DNA of 64,000 bases from NCBI GenBank assembly GCA_963665275.2, contig CAXXIN010000001.1:115580-179579 (forward strand), written 5' to 3'. Shown here in pieces: positions 18,960 to 28,721 of the stretch. Both the position numbers and the translations under genes were made by a program. A model generated the notes under the pieces. The model saw only the letters and a program-made list of their open reading frames with translations, was not told the DNA's origin and did not search any database. Source of the DNA: Negativicutes bacterium. Lineage in GTDB: Bacteria > Bacillota > Negativicutes > UBA1444. How positions within the stretch are numbered: position 1 is the first letter of the stretch; every line of letters begins with the position of its first letter.

Positions 18960-19766
18960 GTGTTATTGAAAGAGATACAGGAAAAAATCAATAATTTTGT
19001 TTTGACCAGTCCGAAAAATATCGTTGAAGAGCTTGAGGCGCTATCGACAGTGCCTACTTCTTCTGAGCGAATGCAGATATGGGATTTGCCATTAGTGGGA
19101 GTAGCCAGCGCCAAAGATTCGTTATGGGACACTTATAAACAGCCCGATGTCATCGGACCCCGCCATATGTCACCCGAGGAATGGTTGGCGGGAGCACAGT
19201 CGGTCATTTCATATTTTTTGCCCTACACCAAAAGGATTCGCGAAGCGAATCGGATCAAGAACGAGACCGCTACAGAATGGCTTTATGGTCGTTGGGAAGG
19301 AGAATTGTTCAGCGAAGCCTTGCGCAAATATATTGTGGAATTCGTTGAAGCCTCTGGCGGTCATGCGCTGGCGCCCGTTCTGGACAAACGCTTTGGAGTT
19401 ATCGACTTGCGAGCGAATTGGTCGGAGCGGCATGCTGCGTTTGCAGCAGGCCTGGGTACTTTTAGCTTGAGCCGATCAATGATTACCAGTCTGGGATCGG
19501 CCGGCCGATTTGGCAGCGTGATCGTTGATGTCTTATTGGAACCTACACAGCGCGCCTATTCGCGAGTCGATGAATACTGTATAAAATGCATGGCCTGTGC
19601 CAGACGTTGCCCACCTCAAGCCATTGATGAAACAGGCAAGGATAATGAAATTTGCAAGGTACATGTAGGAAAAGAGAAAGTAAAGTATAATCCGCGCTAC
19701 GGATGCGCCAAATGCCAGGCGGGAGTACCTTGTGAAGATAAGATCCCCCGTAGAGCGATGAAGTGA
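18960..19766 (+). CDS. QueG-like (epoxyqueuosine reductase family) 4Fe-4S protein
   Basis: WSERHAAFAAGLG, CIKCMACARRCP and CAKCQAGVPC. GTG start after RBS GAGGTG. Confidence 0.8.
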   Translation: MLLKEIQEKINNFVLTSPKNIVEELEALSTVPTSSERMQIWDLPLVGVASAKDSLWDTYKQPDVIGPRHMSPEEWLAGAQSVISYFLPYTKRIREANRIKNETATEWLYGRWEGELFSEALRKYIVEFVEASGGHALAPVLDKRFGVIDLRANWSERHAAFAAGLGTFSLSRSMITSLGSAGRFGSVIVDVLLEPTQRAYSRVDEYCIKCMACARRCPPQAIDETGKDNEICKVHVGKEKVKYNPRYGCAKCQAGVPCEDKIPRRAMK

Positions 19767-19810
19767 TAAGCATAAAGAATAGGCTGCATGATTCTCCTTT
19801 CTTCGTGAAA

Positions 19811-19854
19811 AAAAACACTCCCGGCTATCTTTCACTATAGCTGGGAGTGTTTTT
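19811..19854. terminator. Bidirectional intrinsic terminator
   Basis: AAAAACACTCCCGGCTAT...ATAGCTGGGAGTGTTTTT between convergent genes. Confidence 0.8.
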
Positions 19855-19900
19855 GTCTAAAGTCTAAGCCCGCTTTTCAAAATGGATATGTTATGGGTGA

Positions 19901-20866
19901 TTAAAAAACGTTGACTACCCTTTGGGAAATTTCTTGGGCATCTTTAATCATATTGTCGATGATCTCTTTTACTGTCGGAATGTCGTTGAATAATCCAACG
20001 CATTGTCCCATCGGGAGGGCGGCGCCTTCCATGATGCCTTCAGTAAAGGCCTTGCGACCGCGACCGCCGCCGATATACGGCAGGAGTTCTTTTAAAGTAG
20101 CCCCGGACTGCTCCAGACCCAAGATTAAATGAGCATGGTCGTTGCTGACGCAACGGAAAGCGTTGCGGATGGAGCGCTGGATAATCATGGTGTCGGTTTC
20201 TTTGGCTTGCGACATCCAGTCTTTGATATTTTGATGAATTATGCATTCTTGAGTCGCCATGAAGCGAGTTGCCATGAGAACTCCGTCGGCGCCCAGAGCC
20301 AATGCTGCCGCCAAACCGCGGCCGTCACAGATGCCGCCGGCGGCGATTACCGGGATCTTCAGCTCCTGAATAGTCTTGGGGAGGTTGACAAAGGTGCCCA
20401 CCTGATCGAGTCCGGGGTGTCCTGCGGCTTCGTATCCGACCAAAATGACGGCGTCCACTCCGAGCCCTTCGACTTTTTTGGCGAAGCGGGCGGCGGTTAC
20501 TTTGTGGAGAACCTTGACGCCGGCTGCCTTAAATTTTGGCAGAAATTCATCCGGGCTGCGTCCGGCCGTTTCGACAACCGGTATTTTTTCCTCGATGACA
20601 GCATCGATGAAATCCAGCGTCAGTTCGCCTTTGACAACTTCCGGCAGCATGGAAATATTTACGCCGATCGGTTTATCAGTCAGGGCTCTGGCTTTGCGGA
20701 TTTCGCTGACCAATTCTTCTTTGCTGCAGAAGGATGCGGCCGTGATAAAACCCAGACCGCCAGCGTTGGATACTGCCGCGGCAAGTTCGGCGCGAGAAAG
20801 CCATTGCATGCCCCCGCATAAAATTGGATACTGGATTCCTAGCAGTTCTGTAATACGTGTTTTCAT
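19901..20866 (-). CDS. Nitronate monooxygenase/FabK-like FMN-dependent oxidoreductase
   Basis: YPILCGGM, AAAVSNAGGLG, GYEAAGH (catalytic His) and IAAGGICDGRG. Confidence 0.88.
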   Translation of the reverse strand: MKTRITELLGIQYPILCGGMQWLSRAELAAAVSNAGGLGFITAASFCSKEELVSEIRKARALTDKPIGVNISMLPEVVKGELTLDFIDAVIEEKIPVVETAGRSPDEFLPKFKAAGVKVLHKVTAARFAKKVEGLGVDAVILVGYEAAGHPGLDQVGTFVNLPKTIQELKIPVIAAGGICDGRGLAAALALGADGVLMATRFMATQECIIHQNIKDWMSQAKETDTMIIQRSIRNAFRCVSNDHAHLILGLEQSGATLKELLPYIGGGRGRKAFTEGIMEGAALPMGQCVGLFNDIPTVKEIIDNMIKDAQEISQRVVNVF

Positions 20867-20904
20867 TGAAGTCACTCCTTTGAATTTTTTGAAAAAATTT
20901 TCTT

Positions 20905-22239
20905 TTATTTGAGGCCTAAACTCGCTAAGAATAGGCCGGCAAATACTGCAATCCCCGGAATGAGGAGTCCAATCACGAAATAGTGAAGATATACGTCCGA
21001 GATTTTTACGCGGATAATCGTTACCAAGTTGAATATTCCGCCGTTGTGGGGAAGTAAAGCCATGAATCCTGAAGAAGCCGCCAGTCTGTGGGCGATGGAA
21101 GCATCGACGAGCGGAGCGACTTCTACGGCGATGGCGTTGAGGCCAATGGTTGTTCCGGCTGAAGACGAGCCTGTGATACCGGAAGCAATGGCGATTAACA
21201 CGATCATGTGGAAGAGCGGCGACCCGGGCATGGCAGCAAGGGCTGACAAAATTACTTTAAACCCGGGAGCAACAGCGATTGCTCCGCCGAAACCCACAGC
21301 GGAACAAATCGAGAGAATCGGATTGAATCCATTGACTGTTCCTTCGTTGATCGACTTGGTAAGGCTCGTAAATTCGCCGCGGAACAAGAGATAGGTGACC
21401 AACGTTCCCGCCAACAAAGCGTAGACAGGATCCAGGTGAAAAACGTTCATGATAATAATCGGGACGGCCAACGGGAGCAGACATTTCCACATCGGGTGGA
21501 TTGTTCTTTCCTGCGCTTGCGGCTGTCCGCCGCCGGAAGAGGCGATATACGCTTCAATCCCTTTGGCTGTGTCGATATAATGTTCGTTCTTTCCTTTCGA
21601 TCGATTTACTGCAAACATAATATAGAGGATGGCAAGCCCGACTGTGATAATCGCCATTGCGAAGCCAAGTAACGGCGCAGACATCGGATTGCTACCGAAA
21701 TATTTTATGGGCAGCAGGTTCTGGATTTGCGGTGATCCCGGCAGCATTCCCATCGTGAAGGTTGCACTGCCCAAAATTGAAAAGCCGTAAAAGTGCCAGG
21801 GAATATCCAATTCCTTGAACAGATCCCGAGCGATATACATCAGCGTGAATGCTGTCACAAACAAGGCTACTCCGGCATAGGTCAACATGGCATTCAGCAG
21901 CGGGATGGTGAATGAGGCCAGAAGAATCTGGTGCTTCTTGCTGCGCTTTGCGGCAGTGGCCAGGAGTTTTCCTACTGAGTATGCGATTCCGGCGTCGGAA
22001 ATGAATCGGCCAAAGAGGGCGCTGGAGACAAAAATGAGAAAGTAGCTTTTGAGAAAGCCGACAAAAGCGGTCATGTAAGGTCCCAAGAGCAACTTGAGCA
22101 CATCCATGCCCGAGAAGATCCCAACCAAGGCGGTAGCTGCTGCGGAAAGCAAGTAGACATTGACCCCGCGAAGTATAAAGAAAATGTATAACGCGACTGT
22201 AATTACAATGCCAATCAGACTAATTTGCGAAGCATCCAC
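20905..22239 (-). CDS. GntP-like (ion transporter superfamily) organic acid permease
   Basis: Multiple TM helices. LTYAGVALF, LPGSPQIQN, GITGSSSAG and LPHNGG motifs. GTG start after RBS AGGAGG. Confidence 0.82.
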   Translation of the reverse strand: MDASQISLIGIVITVALYIFFILRGVNVYLLSAAATALVGIFSGMDVLKLLLGPYMTAFVGFLKSYFLIFVSSALFGRFISDAGIAYSVGKLLATAAKRSKKHQILLASFTIPLLNAMLTYAGVALFVTAFTLMYIARDLFKELDIPWHFYGFSILGSATFTMGMLPGSPQIQNLLPIKYFGSNPMSAPLLGFAMAIITVGLAILYIMFAVNRSKGKNEHYIDTAKGIEAYIASSGGGQPQAQERTIHPMWKCLLPLAVPIIIMNVFHLDPVYALLAGTLVTYLLFRGEFTSLTKSINEGTVNGFNPILSICSAVGFGGAIAVAPGFKVILSALAAMPGSPLFHMIVLIAIASGITGSSSAGTTIGLNAIAVEVAPLVDASIAHRLAASSGFMALLPHNGGIFNLVTIIRVKISDVYLHYFVIGLLIPGIAVFAGLFLASLGLK

Positions 22240-22357
22240 GTAGAAGATCACCCTCCTATATAGGTTTTTTGTGTACTTATGAAAGCAAATCAAATATAGC
22301 AACTTGCAATTAAACAATCATCTCCTTATACCGTTATTGATGAGCGTTGTTTTTTAT

Positions 22358-22374
22358 TGCAAGAAGCATGCCAA
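22358..22374 (-). promoter_or_regulatory. sigma54 promoter for the permease/flavoprotein operon
   Basis: Reverse complement reads TTGGCATGCTTCTTGCA. Confidence 0.78.
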
Positions 22375-22417
22375 AGATTATTGCCGTAAAAAAGCAAATG
22401 GCGGCTACTGACGGAAA

Positions 22418-22454
22418 TAAAAAGCCTGCCCGATACAAAGGGGCAGGCTTTTTA
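22418..22454 (-). terminator. Terminator of the PrpR-like gene
   Basis: TAAAAAGCCTGCCC...GGGCAGGCTTTTTA inverted repeat. Confidence 0.75.
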
Positions 22455-22488
22455 TAACATATAATAGCTCTTCAGCAGATGTTCTAAC

Positions 22489-24468
22489 CTAGTGGCTTGG
22501 CCGCTTCTCGATGTCAGCGGCCGTATCGCCGGGCAGGCTGATACGCTTGAGTTTGCGCCAAAGAGTTGTTTTGCTGATCTTGAGCAGCTGTTCGATTTTA
22601 TCTTTGTCCCCACTCACGTAGCTGTTAACTTGTCCGATGATTTCAGCTTCCATTTCTTCCATGGTTCCGAGATTAACGAGAATTTTTCCGCTATTCAAGT
22701 ATGCTTCGGGCAGCGTAGGCGTGGTATAAAAGGTTTGCCGGGTGACTCCCCGAATGTTGTTGAAACATTTTAATACGTCGCTATATTCGACCGTCGAGGC
22801 TTCCGTCAATGATAGCAGACGTTCGACAAAAGCTTCGATTTCACGGGTATTTCCTGGCCATTCATATTCCTTTAATACTTCAAGCGAGACGGTGCTTAGG
22901 TCTAGCTCTCTTTTGTTTTCCCGGCATTTTTTTTGACAGATTGCATGGGTTAAAGCGGGGATATCTTCGGGATGCTCGCGGAGGGGCGGGATGTATAGTT
23001 GGAGGATGTTGATCCGATAATACAAATCCTTGCGGAATGACCCTTTCTCTATTTCTTGGGCCAGATTTCGATTGGTTGCGCAGATGATCCGGTTGTTGAT
23101 AGGAATGACCCGTGATCCCCCCAAACGAATGACTTCCTTTTCCTGAAGAACTCTTAGCAGCCTGGATTGAAGGGAGAGCGGCATATCCCCAATTTCGTCA
23201 AGAAAGATACTGCCGCCGTGCGCTAGCTCGAATAATCCGGGTTTGCCGCCTTTTTTCGCTCCGGTAAAGGCTCCTTCCTCATATCCGAACAACTCGCTTT
23301 CCAAAAGGGACTCGGACAGCGCGGCGCAATTAACGGCTACGAAGGGGCCGTTGCGCCAAGGGCTGCTGTTGTGGATGCTCTGGGCAAAGAGTTCTTTGCC
23401 GGTGCCACTTTCACCGTGGATGATGATGTTGGAGGCGGAGGCGGCGTACTTTTTGGCGCTGATCTTCAAGTCTTGCATTAATTTACTGTTGCCGACAATA
23501 TCCGAAAAAGTTGCTTTGGCAACGAAACCTTTCTTTGTGAGTCCCTTTCTGATTTCTTGTTCAAGCTCTTGTATCTTGGTGATTCGCTGTAATTTTATGA
23601 CCAGGCCCCGTTGCTTGTTGTCCGGAAATATTGGGATGCGATCCACGATGATTTTGCCGGAACCCAGAGAAACCAGTTCGTTGGCGGTGGAACTGCCATC
23701 GCCGTATAAGCTGCGTATGGTGCGATTCTTCAGCAGATGCTTTATGTTCTGACCCACTAGATCGTTTCCGGAGAATCCGGTGATTTCCTCTGCCGACTCG
23801 TTGAAGGTTTCGACGTTCTCTGCGGTATCACACACAATTACACCTTCGTGAATCGTATCTACAACGGCCTGCATCCATCGAAGCTTGTCTTTGTCTTTTT
23901 TTGCTGCATCTATAGCTTGAACGGCAAGGTTTACGGCTTCGATAAGCTCAGCTTTTCCGAGCTGGATTTCAATGCCTTGCAGTTGTCGGGGGATTCCTCC
24001 GAGGATGCAATTGGCTTGAGTTGCTACAGCTCCGTATCCGTTCTTGATAAGGAGATCCAGAGTTGGTTCGACCTCGTCGATTTTTTCCATGGTTATTGTA
24101 TCGAAGTCATAACCAAACGTATCTCTGATCATTTCCAAATCATAAGTTTTCGTTGATCGTCGAAAGCCGACAAAAGCAACCTTGTCACTCACGGAAAAGG
24201 CTTTGTGCAACGCTTTAACCAGTTCGAAGTTCGATAGGTCGGTTCGAATGATGGGTATTTCGCCGGGGAAATTTATTCGTTCATAGAGACTGGCACTAGC
24301 GATGATGGCGTCGACGCGATACTGATCTTGCAGCATTTTGACTTTGTCATTGATTTTTTGATTGGGGATTCCCAACCTTACCAGCAAATCATGCCCTGTT
24401 TCGAAGGATACTTCCCGGGCGACGTCAATCATGGCGCGATTAGTTGATAGTATACCGATTCGAGCCAT
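22489..24468 (-). CDS. PrpR-like sigma54-dependent activator (PrpR_N, PAS, AAA+, HTH)
   Basis: GESGTGKE, ESELFGYEEGAFTGA, FLDEIGD, WPGNTRE and ISKTTLWRK. Confidence 0.92.
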   Translation of the reverse strand: MARIGILSTNRAMIDVAREVSFETGHDLLVRLGIPNQKINDKVKMLQDQYRVDAIIASASLYERINFPGEIPIIRTDLSNFELVKALHKAFSVSDKVAFVGFRRSTKTYDLEMIRDTFGYDFDTITMEKIDEVEPTLDLLIKNGYGAVATQANCILGGIPRQLQGIEIQLGKAELIEAVNLAVQAIDAAKKDKDKLRWMQAVVDTIHEGVIVCDTAENVETFNESAEEITGFSGNDLVGQNIKHLLKNRTIRSLYGDGSSTANELVSLGSGKIIVDRIPIFPDNKQRGLVIKLQRITKIQELEQEIRKGLTKKGFVAKATFSDIVGNSKLMQDLKISAKKYAASASNIIIHGESGTGKELFAQSIHNSSPWRNGPFVAVNCAALSESLLESELFGYEEGAFTGAKKGGKPGLFELAHGGSIFLDEIGDMPLSLQSRLLRVLQEKEVIRLGGSRVIPINNRIICATNRNLAQEIEKGSFRKDLYYRINILQLYIPPLREHPEDIPALTHAICQKKCRENKRELDLSTVSLEVLKEYEWPGNTREIEAFVERLLSLTEASTVEYSDVLKCFNNIRGVTRQTFYTTPTLPEAYLNSGKILVNLGTMEEMEAEIIGQVNSYVSGDKDKIEQLLKISKTTLWRKLKRISLPGDTAADIEKRPSH

Positions 24469-24542
24469 TCTTTCACCTCTTTAATTTGTTTGTTTGAGAA
24501 GGAATGTTTCATTTCATTATTACTATAGTTGAGAATGAGAAA

Positions 24543-24588
24543 AATTTCAATATGAAATTTCAAAACTGAATGAATTTCATATTGAAAT
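24543..24588. promoter_or_regulatory. Paired TTTCA-N3-TGAAA palindromes, putative activator binding sites
   Basis: AATTTCAATATGAAATT and AATTTCATATTGAAAT, 30 bp apart, upstream of the sigma54 box at 24641. Confidence 0.6.
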
Positions 24589-24640
24589 GAAATAATGGAA
24601 TATTTATTGGCGAAATGCCTTATGCTAGCATGAAACCGAT

Positions 24641-24657
24641 TTGGCACATAAATTGCA
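24641..24657 (+). promoter_or_regulatory. sigma54 promoter of the CoA-transferase/beta-oxidation operon
   Basis: TTGGCACATAAATTGCA matches the consensus. Divergent from the PrpR-like gene. Confidence 0.85.
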
Positions 24658-24719
24658 TAGTTGAAAAATGAAGTTGAAAAAGAATAGGAATGAAGCGGAA
24701 AAACTTTGAAAGGGGCAGA

Positions 24720-25940
24720 ATGATGGATAACGAAAAACCTTTGAGTGGTTACCGGGTGGTGGAACTGTCTACATTTATGGCGGCGCCGTCCTGCGGTAGG
24801 TTGCTTGCAGACTGGGGAGCCGAGGTCATTAAGGTGGAAACTCCGGGCGGAGACGCATTCCGTTATTTCGGGCCATCGATGGCCATGAAGGCCACAGAAG
24901 AAGAGAATCCAGCGTTTGAATTGCTGAACACCCGCAAAAGCAGTGTGGTCATTGATTTGAAAAACGCCGAAGGCCAGAAAGTGTTCCACGATTTACTGGC
25001 AACTGCCGATGTATTCTTGACCAACAACCGGACGGAAGCACTGGTTAAATTGCACCTCGATTATGACAGCTTGAAAGCAAAGTACCCCAAATTGATTTTT
25101 GCCTGGGTAACCGGTTTTGGCGAAAAAGGGCCGGATGTCAATCAACCTGGGTATGATGTGGTGGCATTCTGGGGCCGGACCGGATATTTGGCGGATTTGG
25201 TCGAACCAGGATCTTATCCGATGACTTCGCCAGCCGGTGCGGGAGACAACACGGTCGGGATGTCTTTATTCGCCGGCATTTGTGCGGCGCTCCTGCGGCG
25301 GGGTCGGACCGGCAAAGGGGAAAAAATCAGTGTTTCGCTGTACGGTGCGGCCATATGGTTTGCCGGCGCGATCATCACCAGCGTCCAGGACCGTTACGGC
25401 AATGTTTATCCCAAGGAAAAAGGGATGGTCAATCCCCTGGCTCGTGCCTATCTCTGTAAAGATGGAGAGTGGATCATGCTGTCGGTTTTGGAATATGACC
25501 GGTATTGGACTACCTTCTGCAAGGCGGTTGGGCGCGATGACATCATCAACGACGAACGGTTCAACAAACGAGATAACATGGTGCAGCATAAAGCCGCTCT
25601 GGGGAAGATCATGGACGAAACATTCATAACCAAAACCCTTGACGAATGGATTACCATCTTACGTGCCAATGATATTGTCCATGACAAGTTGCGGCACTTT
25701 AAGGATGTGCTGAAAGACGAGCAGGCGTGGGCGAATGATTACCTTGAAAAAGTCACTTTTGCCAATGGAGCTCAGGCGGTTTTGCCTTGCACGCCCATCA
25801 AGGCGGCTGAAGAAGGTCCCTATCCGTATGGCAGATCGCCGCTGCTTGGCGAGCATACGAAAGAAGTTCTGCGGAAGCTGGGGTATGAGGAAAGCAAGAT
25901 AGAGGAACTTTGCAACCAGCAGGTAGTAAAGGGCAGATAA
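24720..25940 (+). CDS. Family III (CaiB/BaiF) CoA-transferase, HadA/FldA-like
   Basis: VVELSTFMAAPSCGRLLADWGAEVIKVE, GAGDNT (catalytic Asp) and DEQAWANDYL. Confidence 0.9.
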   Translation: MMDNEKPLSGYRVVELSTFMAAPSCGRLLADWGAEVIKVETPGGDAFRYFGPSMAMKATEEENPAFELLNTRKSSVVIDLKNAEGQKVFHDLLATADVFLTNNRTEALVKLHLDYDSLKAKYPKLIFAWVTGFGEKGPDVNQPGYDVVAFWGRTGYLADLVEPGSYPMTSPAGAGDNTVGMSLFAGICAALLRRGRTGKGEKISVSLYGAAIWFAGAIITSVQDRYGNVYPKEKGMVNPLARAYLCKDGEWIMLSVLEYDRYWTTFCKAVGRDDIINDERFNKRDNMVQHKAALGKIMDETFITKTLDEWITILRANDIVHDKLRHFKDVLKDEQAWANDYLEKVTFANGAQAVLPCTPIKAAEEGPYPYGRSPLLGEHTKEVLRKLGYEESKIEELCNQQVVKGR

Positions 25941-25990
25941 AAACCCTTGCCGATTTTCCGTGCAATAAAGAGAGGAGGAGGAGGATTCGC

Positions 25991-26965
25991 ATGTTTAAAA
26001 CCCGATTTACCGAACTCCTGAAAATAAAATATCCTATCATGCAGGGCGGGCTGCATAATTTGGGCAGGCCGGAGCTGGCCGCAGCCGTATCCAATGCAGG
26101 CTGTCTCGGAACAATCAATTTTTCCAACTATGACACTATTGAGGAGTTTCGCCAGGCGATTATAAAGACAAAAGAGCTGACTGACAAACCGTTTTGCGTC
26201 AATGTGTCTACTGCGACCCAGTCGCTTTCGCCCGGCGACAAAATGTACGAGTGTTTTGAAACGATTATTAAAGAAAAAGTGGCGGCGGTGGAAATCTCCG
26301 GTCTCATGCCGGAAACCTTTGTTCCATTGCTTAAAAATGCCGGCGTTATCATCATTCACAAAGTTCCTGCGGCGAGGTTCGCCGAAAAAGCGCAACGAGT
26401 TGGCGCCGATGCCGCCATCGTCGTTGGCATCGAGGCGGGCGGTCGTCCTTCACTGGAAGCGGTTACTACCATGGTGGTCGCCAATAAGGCGGCGCGGCTG
26501 GTAAACATTCCGATTCTTGCGGCCGGCGGCATCGCCGACGGTAAGGGACTGGTAGCCGCCCTGGCGCTGGGAGCCGACGGCGTTGTCATGGGTACGCGGT
26601 TTATTGCCACGAAAGAATGCGCTGTTCACCAAAACTTTAAAGAGATGTATGTCAAGGCGTCGGAGAAAGATACCGTTCTTGTTCAGCGCAGCATTCAGAA
26701 TCAAATGCGGATGATGGCGAACGATGTCACCCGGCAAAGCGATGAGATGGAAAAACAGGGCGCCAGCCGGGAAGAACTGATGTCGCTCCTCACCACGGAA
26801 AAGACTCGAAGGTGCCATGCCAACGGAGATATAAACGGCGTAATGTTCGCCACGGGGCAATCGGTTGGCTTGGTTAATGATATCAAGCCGGCGAAAGAAG
26901 TAATTGATGATATTATTCAGGAGGCGCAATCGGTGATGGAGCGTCTCAATGAACTGAACCGATAG
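25991..26965 (+). CDS. Nitronate monooxygenase/FabK-like flavoprotein with the catalytic His replaced by Arg
   Basis: YPIMQGG, AAAVSNAG, GIEAGGRP and AAGGIADGKG. Confidence 0.85.
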   Translation: MFKTRFTELLKIKYPIMQGGLHNLGRPELAAAVSNAGCLGTINFSNYDTIEEFRQAIIKTKELTDKPFCVNVSTATQSLSPGDKMYECFETIIKEKVAAVEISGLMPETFVPLLKNAGVIIIHKVPAARFAEKAQRVGADAAIVVGIEAGGRPSLEAVTTMVVANKAARLVNIPILAAGGIADGKGLVAALALGADGVVMGTRFIATKECAVHQNFKEMYVKASEKDTVLVQRSIQNQMRMMANDVTRQSDEMEKQGASREELMSLLTTEKTRRCHANGDINGVMFATGQSVGLVNDIKPAKEVIDDIIQEAQSVMERLNELNR

Positions 26966-27014
26966 CCTTTGAATGGTTTATAAATGAAAATAATGAATTT
27001 GGAGAGTGGAAAAA

Positions 27015-28175
27015 ATGAAAAAAGCAGTAATCGTCTCAGCGGTTCGTACGGCCATAGGAAAGCATGCAGGACAATGGGCGAAGGTGCCATCGGAAAAGTT
27101 GGCGGCTTGCGCCATCAAAGAAGCCGTTCGTCGTTCCGGCATTGACCCGATGGAAATCGAAGATGTCATCATGGGTAATATTTACGGGCCCCACGGGAAT
27201 CATGCCCGGCTTGCGGCGCTCATGGCAGGCCTGCCGATCGAATGCGGCGCAACCACGGTCGACCGTCAGTGCGGCTCAGGAACACAGGCGATCGTGAATG
27301 CGGCGATGAACATCATGACCGGAAACGGTGACGTATTCGTCGCTTGCGGTGTGGAACACATGACCCTGACTCCTTACCAGATGGAAAAACCAGCCGCTGC
27401 CTATTCCTGGGCGCCACCAAAATTCTTGGCGACCCGGCTTTCTACAGATGAGATCGGGAATCCTCCGATGCCGGTAACTGCAGATACATTAGCTGCAAGG
27501 CACGGGGTTACCCGTCAGGACTGTGATGAATGGGCGTTGATTTCCCACCAGCGGGCAGCCAAAGCTATTAAAGCAGGGGTATATAAAGATCAGATTGTGC
27601 CCATCGAAGTAAAAACAAAGGGCGGAATGGCAATGGTCGATACCGATGAATGCATTCGCTATGATATTTCCATTGAAGCGATGCAAAAACTGGCGCCGCT
27701 TTTTCCCGGCGGAGTCACAACAGCCGGAAATGCCTGCCCACGTTCTGACGGTGCCGGCGCGTTGGTGATGATGTCGGAAGAAAAAGCCAAGGCATTGGGA
27801 CTGAAACCTTTGGCCAGCGTCAAGAGTTTCGGCGTATCAGGTGTGGACCCCAACATCATGGGATATGGTCCGGTTCCCTCGACGCAAAAAGCTCTCAAAC
27901 GGGCTGGCCTGACGGTGAAGGACCTCGGCGTCATTGAAATGAACGAAGCTTTTGCGGGACAGTTCATTCCCTGCATGCGCGAATTGCAGTTTGATCCGGA
28001 AAGAGTCAATCCAAATGGCGGCGCCATCGCTATGGGACATCCCTTGGGCGGGACTGGAGCAGTGCTGACAACGAAGCTCGTTTACGAAATGATCGCCAAA
28101 GACTACCAGTTCGGATTGGTGACCATGTGTATCGGTGGCGGCCAGGGTATGGCGACGATTTTTGAACGCTATTAA
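27015..28175 (+). CDS. Thiolase (acetyl-CoA acyltransferase)
   Basis: RQCGSG, NEAF, GHPLG and MCIGGGQG catalytic motifs. Confidence 0.95.
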   Translation: MKKAVIVSAVRTAIGKHAGQWAKVPSEKLAACAIKEAVRRSGIDPMEIEDVIMGNIYGPHGNHARLAALMAGLPIECGATTVDRQCGSGTQAIVNAAMNIMTGNGDVFVACGVEHMTLTPYQMEKPAAAYSWAPPKFLATRLSTDEIGNPPMPVTADTLAARHGVTRQDCDEWALISHQRAAKAIKAGVYKDQIVPIEVKTKGGMAMVDTDECIRYDISIEAMQKLAPLFPGGVTTAGNACPRSDGAGALVMMSEEKAKALGLKPLASVKSFGVSGVDPNIMGYGPVPSTQKALKRAGLTVKDLGVIEMNEAFAGQFIPCMRELQFDPERVNPNGGAIAMGHPLGGTGAVLTTKLVYEMIAKDYQFGLVTMCIGGGQGMATIFERY

Positions 28176-28219
28176 TTCATCAGGTAGTGTGCAACGCTAA
28201 AAATGAGGGGGCTTTTATA

Positions 28220-28687
28220 ATGGAAAATTCGACAATTGATTATGAAAAAATCAAGGCGAAGTTTCAAAATCCCAAAATCAAGTGGGTCGCGATGAGCGGG
28301 ATTTACCCGGAAATTATGGAGGAACGCCACTCGCGCCTGGTTATGCCGCTGGGGGATTTGCATGTCAACCATGTCGGAACGGCCTATGCCGGCTCGATTT
28401 TTGTATTGGCCGAGATGAGCATTGCGGCGATCATCTATTGCACCTACGGGACGGATAAGTATGTGCCCATCGTGAGTCGCTTCGAAATCGACTATATCAA
28501 ACCCGCGACCAAGGACATCGTTGTCGACATGCGGTTGACGGCGGAAGAGGCGGCGGAAAAAATCAAGCCGATCGAAGAAAGAGGCAAAGGGCGGATGACG
28601 CTGATTCTGCCGGTGACGGATATTGATGGCAATGAAATCGCACGGGGTGTAGCCACGGCCTATCTGTTGCCCGCGGGCGGAAAATAA
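28220..28687 (+). CDS. Hot-dog fold thioesterase-like protein (PaaI/YiiD-C-like)
   Basis: NHVGTAYAGSIFVLAE and IDYIKPA. Confidence 0.8.
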   Translation: MENSTIDYEKIKAKFQNPKIKWVAMSGIYPEIMEERHSRLVMPLGDLHVNHVGTAYAGSIFVLAEMSIAAIIYCTYGTDKYVPIVSRFEIDYIKPATKDIVVDMRLTAEEAAEKIKPIEERGKGRMTLILPVTDIDGNEIARGVATAYLLPAGGK

Positions 28688-28721
28688 TCGCAAAGCTGCG
28701 AAAACCCAATAAATTGGAGGT

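Noticed and set aside
18960-19766. Calling the gene queG or a reductive dehalogenase
   Set aside because: Only family-level motifs are visible. There is no Tat signal, rdhB anchor or queuosine gene context.
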